From contig JAFYVH010000014.1 in assembly GCA_017549205.1 (NCBI GenBank), positions 27,437-91,436 of the forward strand: a DNA stretch of 64,000 nt. The letters are read 5' to 3'. Each line of letters starts with the position of its first letter. Position 1 is the stretch's first letter. Shown piece by piece: positions 57,553 through 64,000 of the stretch. Source of the DNA: Clostridia bacterium (GTDB lineage Bacteria; Bacillota; Clostridia; UBA1381; UBA9506). The notes under the pieces are model-generated. The model ran no database searches, was not told where the DNA came from, and saw nothing but the letters and a program-made list of their open reading frames with translations. Made by a program: the position numbers and the translations under genes.

Positions 57553-57591
57553 ATAAAAAAAAAGGGGGCTATAGCGCAAGGCTATAGCCCC
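57553..57591 (-). terminator. rho-independent terminator downstream of the SASP gene
   Basis: GGGGGCTATAGC / GCTATAGCCCCC 12-bp perfect stem. The A9 on + gives T9 on the - strand. Confidence 0.85.
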
Positions 57592-57690
57592 CTGCTTTTA
57601 CACATACTGATTCTTAATTTTCACATTTGAAAATGTAATCAGCGTAAAAGCGTTAGTCTGATGCTATTTTGAGTGTCTTTTGTGCAATTA

Positions 57691-57864
57691 CTACGCCTTT
57701 GAAACTGCACGCTCTGCCATTTCAATTGCTTTAGTCACCATGTTACCGCAGTCACGGGATGATACATCGCCCCAACCGCCATTTTTTTGAACAGATTCAT
57801 AAACACCTAATTCTTTGGCGATTTCTTCTTTTAACTGATTTGACATGATTGATCGTTTGCTCAT
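57691..57864 (-). CDS. alpha/beta-type small acid-soluble spore protein
   Basis: 57 aa. KEEIAKELGV ... GGWGDVSSRDCGNMVTKAIEMAE matches the two conserved SASP blocks. GAGGAG RBS before MSKRS. Confidence 0.88.
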   Translation of the reverse strand: MSKRSIMSNQLKEEIAKELGVYESVQKNGGWGDVSSRDCGNMVTKAIEMAERAVSKA

Positions 57865-57984
57865 TTTTACACTCCTCGGTTTACCTTTTTCATTCCTACT
57901 GTCTATGGTAAACACTTTTGTAGCTGTTGGCTACAATCATAGTATAACACAGAGGGCAGAAAATAATCAGGAAAAATTTGTTTT

Positions 57985-59334
57985 TTAAACCGTTAAAATG
58001 CCATCTTCCGATTCGATTAACATGAAAATCTTTTCTTCTCTGCCCGTCTCTGCATTAATATAGATTAAAAAGTTTTTATCACCGAATGTCCCCTTACATT
58101 CATAAGTCAAAACCTCACGCCTGCTGTCTAAGGGAATCAGGGCAAGGCGCACAGTATCTATCGAAAGGTGTTTGTTCAGTTTTTTCTTCGCATCTTCTCT
58201 GCTTAAAACAACCTCTGAAAAATTTCGCTTTGCATGGCTCATAAGATAGCCCCGGGATTCAAAACCTAAAATTTCTCCATTGTCCAAAGCCACCTTTACC
58301 TTAATTAAATCGGAATATAAAATCACACCGTCCTGTGCGGCTGCAAAATTGATTGTGGCAACATTTCCCGTTTTTTCATAGTAGCTGCTTTCCATGAACT
58401 CATAGCCCATTTCCTTTAAAAACATTTGTGCATGTTGCATCGCCTGATTAACGGATAGAATTTCTTTTGAAACGCTGCGGCTATCCAGCATGTATAACAC
58501 ATAACCGCCATGTTTGGTAACACCGATGCTGATTTCACGGCCTCTCTCCCCTTTTGCCGTAAAATCATAGGTGGCAATGGTGCCGCTGCTTTCGCCGGCA
58601 TAAGAAAGTTTTTCCCGCCAGTTAAAAGGTACAAAAGCTTTTGCTTTTGATAACGCCTCTTCTTCGGTGATAACCTTTTCCTCTGAAAGCATGAGCGGCT
58701 TCATGTCTTCAATGTGTTCAGAAAAAGGACCATCATAAATCAGCGACGGATAATCCTGAAAGGCATCCTCCATTCCCTCCATGCCGCTTAAAAAATCTCC
58801 CTCATCTGCATAAGCCGTCATGCCAACAGCCTCTTTAAGTGTTAAATTTTTTGCATAGAGCTGATTTTCCAGTTCCTCTAAATGCTGACTCACGCCGCTC
58901 GCACAAGCTGCCAGTTGTGATAAATTCAAAAACTCATCCTCTGTTATAACTTCTTCCTGAATGGTTTTGCCTGCTAAAAAAGAGGTATAGTCCCCTGCTT
59001 GAGACAAAAATTTTGAGGTGCCCGTCAAATTCAGTTCCGAAACAGGAAGCTGTGCTAAATTTGATTTAGCTGCCGCCGTTTGCATATAAATTTCTGACGA
59101 AAGAGCCGCCATTTGTTTGGGGTCAGAAACCAGCATTGCTTTTTGCAAAAGCACCTCTACATCTTTCACATAGTCTGTGAGTTCATGAAATGAATGAACA
59201 TATTGGTTTTCAACCGCCAGCGCCAAATCTTTCGCTCGCTTATACTGATAAACGCCGACAATGGAGGTTATCGCCAGCACACCAATGACAACTCCCGTAA
59301 CCCAATGGAATATTCTACCTTTTCGATAACTCAT
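57985..59334 (-). CDS. ypeB: germination protein YpeB
   Basis: N-terminal TM anchor, a long helical region, and C-terminal PepSY-like repeats. Lies immediately downstream of sleB as in Bacillus. Confidence 0.8.
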   Translation of the reverse strand: MSYRKGRIFHWVTGVVIGVLAITSIVGVYQYKRAKDLALAVENQYVHSFHELTDYVKDVEVLLQKAMLVSDPKQMAALSSEIYMQTAAAKSNLAQLPVSELNLTGTSKFLSQAGDYTSFLAGKTIQEEVITEDEFLNLSQLAACASGVSQHLEELENQLYAKNLTLKEAVGMTAYADEGDFLSGMEGMEDAFQDYPSLIYDGPFSEHIEDMKPLMLSEEKVITEEEALSKAKAFVPFNWREKLSYAGESSGTIATYDFTAKGERGREISIGVTKHGGYVLYMLDSRSVSKEILSVNQAMQHAQMFLKEMGYEFMESSYYEKTGNVATINFAAAQDGVILYSDLIKVKVALDNGEILGFESRGYLMSHAKRNFSEVVLSREDAKKKLNKHLSIDTVRLALIPLDSRREVLTYECKGTFGDKNFLIYINAETGREEKIFMLIESEDGILTV

Positions 59335-59367
59335 AGTGTTCCCCTTTTCTTTGTTTTTGTCCTTTTA

Positions 59368-59841
59368 TTATTTGGCAAAACGATGATTACCAATAACTTT
59401 AACAACCCGACGGGAGAAAATCCACCGATTTGTCGTCTTGCGCGGATTGTAATAATACACGGCGCCATTTGAAGGGTCCCAGCCATTCATGGCGTCCTGA
59501 CAGGCTTTGTAAACCGTACTGTCCGTACTGATAGGCGTGTGAATTTGCCCGTCAACTGTTGCCGTGAATGCCCCGGGCTGATAAATAACGCCGGCAATGG
59601 TATTGGGAAAAGAGGGGTGCTTAACACGGTTTAAAATTACCGCCGCAACAGCCACCTGACCTTCATAAGGTTCTCCCCGTGCCTCTCCGTTAACACATCG
59701 GGCCAAAAGCTGCACATCATTTGAATAGCGTCCTGCCGCCTCTGCCTGCCGATTTGCAATACTTTCATTAATACCCACAAAGCTTATAACGAAAAAAAGG
59801 AATGTAAAAAGAGTGATCAACCAAAATGAGCGTTTTGTCAT
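59368..59841 (-). CDS. sleB: spore cortex-lytic enzyme, SleB/CwlJ (Hydrolase_2) family
   Basis: ARCVNGEARGEPYEGQVAVAAVILNRV ... IYQPGAFTA catalytic-domain motifs. N-terminal hydrophobic anchor only, with no PG-binding domain. Confidence 0.82.
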   Translation of the reverse strand: MTKRSFWLITLFTFLFFVISFVGINESIANRQAEAAGRYSNDVQLLARCVNGEARGEPYEGQVAVAAVILNRVKHPSFPNTIAGVIYQPGAFTATVDGQIHTPISTDSTVYKACQDAMNGWDPSNGAVYYYNPRKTTNRWIFSRRVVKVIGNHRFAK

Positions 59842-59986
59842 GTTAATCTCCTTTGCTTCAAGATTTTACTTCTATGTTTTCATTTTTCTTGCAAAATATA
59901 CATAATTTGAGAACCTTACCCTATTTTGCATTGATTGTGCATTTTGCACAAAAATGTTTGTCGAAAGGTAATTTTATATATTTAAA

Positions 59987-60015
59987 AAAGGATTTTTATG
60001 TCAAGTGTCGAATAC
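59987..60015 (+). promoter_or_regulatory. sigma-H-like promoter upstream of spoVS
   Basis: AAAGGATTT (59987-59995), 11-nt spacer, GTCGAATAC (60007-60015). Compare the published sigma-H consensus RNAGGAWWW-N11-12-RNNGAATWW (one mismatch, in the last position). Confidence 0.55.
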
Positions 60016-60057
60016 AGTATATGGTGGACTTTGAAAAATAAAAAAGGTGGGAAAAAA

Positions 60058-60318
60058 ATGGAGTCACTTAAGGTCTCTTCAAAATCCAATCCTAATTCCG
60101 TTGCCGGTGCTTTGGCAGGAGTCATCAGAGAAAATGGCTCAGCTGAAATTCAAGCCATCGGCGCAGGGGCGTTAAATCAATCCATCAAAGCCATCGCTAT
60201 AGCCCGTGGCTTTTTATCCCCTTCCGGTGTTGATTTAATTTGCATCCCCTCTTTTGTCGATGTCTCCATCGACGGTGAAGATCGAACCGCCATCAAACTT
60301 TTAGTCGAACCAAGATAG
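60058..60318 (+). CDS. spoVS: stage V sporulation protein S
   Basis: 86 aa. LKVSSKSNPNSVAGALAGVIRENGSAEIQAIGAGALNQSIKAIAIARGF is the highly conserved SpoVS sequence. AAGGTGGG RBS. ORF-track ATG 59998 lies inside the promoter. Confidence 0.93.
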   Translation: MESLKVSSKSNPNSVAGALAGVIRENGSAEIQAIGAGALNQSIKAIAIARGFLSPSGVDLICIPSFVDVSIDGEDRTAIKLLVEPR

Positions 60319-60335
60319 TTCTTTTTTCAACAATG

Positions 60336-60385
60336 GAAAAGCGTCAGTTTCCTAAACATAGGAAGCCTGACGCTTTCTTTGTTTT
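60336..60385 (+). terminator. rho-independent terminator of spoVS
   Basis: GAAAAGCGTCAG ... CTGACGCTTTC stem (with an inner TTCC/GGAA helix) followed by TTTGTTTT. Confidence 0.7.
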
Positions 60386-60515
60386 AACCCATTTGATTAT
60401 CCATTCTTTTTTAACGCATTCGAATTGACAACCCTCGACTTTATGTGGTACACTTATAGGGTCATATTAACAGACCGAATGAGGAATAATAAAGCAAGGA
60501 ACAGGAGGCGGAATC

Positions 60516-61661
60516 ATGGTTATCAATCGGGTGGACAGCACAGCTGACAAAGAGCAGATTAAAGATTTGTGGCAATATGCTTTTTCTGAATCCAAAGCCT
60601 TTTTATCCCTTTATTTTGGGGAGTTCTGGCAAGGACAAAACGCTGTTTCTGCGCTCTGCAGCGGTCGTCTTGCCGGCGCTTTAGAGCTTGTCCCTTATCA
60701 AATTTCATTAAGAGGGCATGAGCTTTCTGCCTCTTACATTGTTGGCGTCAGCACGGCACCGGAAATGCGGGGGCAAGGCATTGCCAAGTCCCTGATGCAC
60801 GCAGCTTTGGAAAAGCAGGCGCAAAGAAAAGAGGCACTCAGCCTTTTGCAGCCTTTCTCTTATTCGTTTTATCACAAAATGGGTTATGCCCTTTGTTATG
60901 AAGAAACCCGTTGTTCTGTGACTTTTAGCCAGTTTCCAAAGGTGCAAAGCGCTCTTTCTGTGTTCCCTGCCTCTTTAGAAGATTACGAAGAGCTCAATAC
61001 GGTTTATCATACTTTTTGCAAAGATAAAAATGGCTTTGTTTGTCGCACGCGAAAGGATTGGAACTTCATTTTTAAACTTTTAAAAGCAGAAGGCGGCTAC
61101 ATGTATGCCTGCAGGGATGCTGAGGGTGTTCTTTGCGGTTATATCAGCTTTATCAAAGATGCAAAGCGTTTTTTAGTGCTTGAAGCCGCCTATACGACTC
61201 AAGAGAGTTTAAAGGCTCTGCTCTCTTTCACAGCTGCACATTTTTCAACCTATTCGCAAATTGATTTTACACTTCCGACAAACAGCACCATGCCGGCGCT
61301 CTTCCCTGAACCACCTGTTTGCCGGCGTCATCCCTTTGTGATGGCGCGTATTATTGATGTTTGTGCTGTGCTTACCGGCGGATTGGAAGAGATACATCTG
61401 TCTGTAACGGATGACTTTTATTCTGAAAATACAGGTGTTTATTACGAGCTGGATGGCCAGATTCTGCGGGCTGATAATTTACTGGCCGATGCCAAAACCG
61501 ATATTGGCTCACTCTCTCAACTCATTATGGGCTACCGGTCTGCTAAAGAGCTTTGTGAGCTTGGTTTGATGGAAGCTTCTTTTAAAGCCATTGACACACT
61601 TGACAGACTTTATCCCAAACAGCAAAATTACATTAATCACATTTTAACAAATGACAAATAA
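60516..61661 (+). CDS. GNAT-family N-acetyltransferase with C-terminal SCP2-like domain (Eis-like)
   Basis: The GNAT core [20 protein letters not shown]...[14 protein letters not shown], followed by a second GNAT-like domain and a C-terminal domain, gives the ~380-aa Eis architecture. Confidence 0.7.
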   Translation: MVINRVDSTADKEQIKDLWQYAFSESKAFLSLYFGEFWQGQNAVSALCSGRLAGALELVPYQISLRGHELSASYIVGVSTAPEMRGQGIAKSLMHAALEKQAQRKEALSLLQPFSYSFYHKMGYALCYEETRCSVTFSQFPKVQSALSVFPASLEDYEELNTVYHTFCKDKNGFVCRTRKDWNFIFKLLKAEGGYMYACRDAEGVLCGYISFIKDAKRFLVLEAAYTTQESLKALLSFTAAHFSTYSQIDFTLPTNSTMPALFPEPPVCRRHPFVMARIIDVCAVLTGGLEEIHLSVTDDFYSENTGVYYELDGQILRADNLLADAKTDIGSLSQLIMGYRSAKELCELGLMEASFKAIDTLDRLYPKQQNYINHILTNDK

Positions 61662-61687
61662 ACTTTAATTTTTCACAAGGAGAAAAC

Positions 61688-62983
61688 ATGAAAGCTATCG
61701 TCGTCGGTGGCGGACTGGCAGGTTGCGAAGCAGCCTGGCAGCTTGCCAAACATAACATACCCGTAACCTTATATGAAATGAAGCCCAAAAAGCATACGCC
61801 CGCGCACAGCCTGAATACTTTGGGTGAATTGGTATGCTCTAATTCTCTGCGGGCAGAGGGGCTTGAAAACGGAGCAGGATTGTTAAAGGAAGAAATGCGC
61901 CTTTTAGATTCGGTGATTATGTTTGCCGCCGACAAGTGTCGTGTACCTGCAGGTGGCGCGTTGGCTGTTGACCGCATGGGTTTTTCACAGACAATTACCG
62001 ACAGAATCGCCTCTTCTCCCTTAATTACCGTTGTTTCAGAAGAAATCACTGATATCCCCGATGCCGATTGCGTCGTGATTGCATCCGGCCCCTTAACCTC
62101 TGATGCTCTTTCAGAAAAAATCGGTGCTCTTTGCGGGCAACTATATTTTTACGATGCAGCCGCACCCATTATAACCGCTGAATCCATTGATATGTCCAAG
62201 GTGTTCCGCAAGGCTCGTTACGGCCGCGGCACCGCTGATTATATCAACTGTCCCATGACAAAAGAAGAATATGACGCCTTTTACAAGGCTTTGATTTCGG
62301 CAGAAACCGCCGAGCTTAAGGAGTTTGAAAACAGCAAGGTTTTTGAGGGCTGCATGCCTGTTGAGGTCATGGCTGCCCGTGGTGAGCAGGCTCTCACCTT
62401 TGGCCCCTTAAAACCGGTAGGACTCGAACACCCCGAAACCGGCCAGCGCTACCACGCTGTGGTGCAGCTTCGCCAGGATAACGCCGAGGGCACGCTCTAT
62501 AACATGGTCGGCTTTCAAACCCACTTAAAATTCGGCGAGCAAAAACGCGTTTTCTCTATGATTCCCGGTCTTGAAAATGCAGACATTGTCCGCTACGGCG
62601 TAATGCACCGAAACACCTACTTGCACAGCCCGGGACTTTTAGACGAAACTTTTGCCTATAAAAATCGGAAAGGGCTCTACTTTGCTGGACAGATGACCGG
62701 TGTTGAAGGCTATGTAGAATCCGCCGCTTCCGGCATTGTGGCCGGTCTTAATGCGGCACGCTATTTGTTAGGAAAGCCCCCGGTACACTTCCCTTCCACC
62801 ACCGCAACCGGTGCTTTGGGTAACTACATTGCTAATTTTACAGGCAAAAATTTTCAGCCAATGAACATAAACTTTGGCATTATTGACCCCTTGGAGGAGC
62901 GGGAACGCAACAAGCGGGAACGCTATCGCAAAATCTCTTTGCGTGCCCTGGATGTTATGAAAGGAATAATCGAAACATTATGA
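61688..62983 (+). CDS. trmFO: methylenetetrahydrofolate--tRNA-(uracil-5-)-methyltransferase
   Basis: FAD motif [41 protein letters not shown]. Confidence 0.92.
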   Translation: MKAIVVGGGLAGCEAAWQLAKHNIPVTLYEMKPKKHTPAHSLNTLGELVCSNSLRAEGLENGAGLLKEEMRLLDSVIMFAADKCRVPAGGALAVDRMGFSQTITDRIASSPLITVVSEEITDIPDADCVVIASGPLTSDALSEKIGALCGQLYFYDAAAPIITAESIDMSKVFRKARYGRGTADYINCPMTKEEYDAFYKALISAETAELKEFENSKVFEGCMPVEVMAARGEQALTFGPLKPVGLEHPETGQRYHAVVQLRQDNAEGTLYNMVGFQTHLKFGEQKRVFSMIPGLENADIVRYGVMHRNTYLHSPGLLDETFAYKNRKGLYFAGQMTGVEGYVESAASGIVAGLNAARYLLGKPPVHFPSTTATGALGNYIANFTGKNFQPMNINFGIIDPLEERERNKRERYRKISLRALDVMKGIIETL

Positions 62984-64000
62984 TAAATTTAGAACGTTTC
63001 AACCCCGAACAGAGAAAAGCTATTGTCACCACAGCCGGACCTTTGCTCATTTTGGCCGGTGCCGGCAGCGGCAAAACAACGGTTGTGGTTAACAAAATTG
63101 CCTACATATTAGAACAAAAGTTGGCAGAGCCCTGGCAAATTTTAGCCATTACTTTTACAAATAAAGCTGCCAACGAAATGAAAGAGCGTATTGAAAAAGC
63201 TGTTGGCGAAAGTGCCGGTGGCATGTGGATTGGCACTTTTCACTCGGTTTGCATGCGCATTCTGCGCCGTGACATTGAGCGCTTAGGAACACACAATCGG
63301 GATTTTGTCATCTACGATTCTGCCGACCAGAAAACTCTAATGAAACGAGTTTTAAAAGCCTTGAATATCGACGAAAAAATGCTGCCCGTCCGCAGCGTTT
63401 TATATGAAATTTCAACCGCTAAAGACGAGCTTTTTGGCCCTTCAGAATACCTTTCTATGAACGAAGGGAATTACCGAAAAAAGCTGATTGGCGAAGCCTA
63501 TGCAGAATATCAGAAGCAGCTTGCCGAGGCAAATGCTTTAGACTTTGACGATATCATTATGCACACCGTGCGCCTGCTGTCGCAAGAGCCTGAGGTTTTA
63601 TCCCGCTATCAAAAGCAGTTCCGTTATGTGTTTGTTGACGAATATCAGGATACAAACAATTCCCAGTCCATGCTCGTGAGCCTTTTGGCACAGGGCTATG
63701 AAAACATTTGCGTTGTGGGCGACGACGACCAGAGCATTTATAAATTCCGTGGCGCCAACATTCAAAACATTTTAAACTTTGAAAAAGAATTTCCCGGCGC
63801 CGAAGTGATTAAACTTGAGCAGAATTACCGCTCCACTCAAACCATTTTAGACGCCGCCAATGCCGTTATTGCCAACAATCATGGCCGCAAAGGCAAGCGG
63901 TTGTGGACTGAAAACAGCGGCGGACAGCCCATAGATGTATATCGGGCCGATAACGAATATGACGAGGCAGAATTTATCGCTCAACAAATTAAAGAGGCTT
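62980..64000 (+). CDS. pcrA: ATP-dependent DNA helicase PcrA/UvrD (5' part; continues beyond the window)
   Basis: Not in the ORF track because there is no stop within the window. The ATG at 62980 overlaps the trmFO stop (ATGA). Translation [15 protein letters not shown]...AGAGSGKTT (Walker A), VDEYQDTN (motif II), LEQNYRST. Confidence 0.88.
   Translation, partial: MINLERFNPEQRKAIVTTAGPLLILAGAGSGKTTVVVNKIAYILEQKLAEPWQILAITFTNKAANEMKERIEKAVGESAGGMWIGTFHSVCMRILRRDIERLGTHNRDFVIYDSADQKTLMKRVLKALNIDEKMLPVRSVLYEISTAKDELFGPSEYLSMNEGNYRKKLIGEAYAEYQKQLAEANALDFDDIIMHTVRLLSQEPEVLSRYQKQFRYVFVDEYQDTNNSQSMLVSLLAQGYENICVVGDDDQSIYKFRGANIQNILNFEKEFPGAEVIKLEQNYRSTQTILDAANAVIANNHGRKGKRLWTENSGGQPIDVYRADNEYDEAEFIAQQIKEA

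Overview
This 64-kb window looks like core chromosome from an anaerobic, endospore-forming Bacillota (Clostridia-type) genome. The evidence is the sporulation and germination genes (spoVT, spoVS, sleB-ypeB, an alpha/beta SASP, bofA-yaaL, ylmC) together with anaerobic central metabolism (PFOR, pta-ackA, an [FeFe]-hydrogenase-like gene). I call about 62 protein genes, 2 stand-alone tRNAs (Gly-CCC, Thr-CGU), and several promoters and rho-independent terminators. Many ORF-track starts are over-extended on the 5' side, so I re-set them using RBS and promoter positions. I saw no rRNA, CRISPR array, IS element, transposase, integrase, prophage block or recognisable defence gene, so most of the window is ordinary housekeeping. 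No single feature is clearly a new system. The best candidates for under-described biology are: (1) a self-contained three-gene unit at 46185-49448, made of an amidohydrolase-acyltransferase fusion, a TIM-barrel isomerase-like protein and an MBL hydrolase; (2) an adenylate-forming ligase translationally coupled to an E2/CAT-fold protein whose catalytic His is replaced by Glu (14587-17218); (3) a lipoprotein-MBOAT-DHHW surface-acylation trio (22583-25861); (4) an orphan SigB/F/G-type sigma factor preceded by a type-II membrane protein and followed after 16 nt by tRNA-Gly(CCC) (20876-22556); (5) an orphan Wzz/BY-kinase/phosphatase module whose kinase has a 12-tyrosine tail; (6) a nifS-nifU-queT operon with no preQ1 riboswitch, plus a small Cys-motif membrane protein overlapping queT antisense. 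All family assignments come from reading the motifs by eye. None has been checked against a database.
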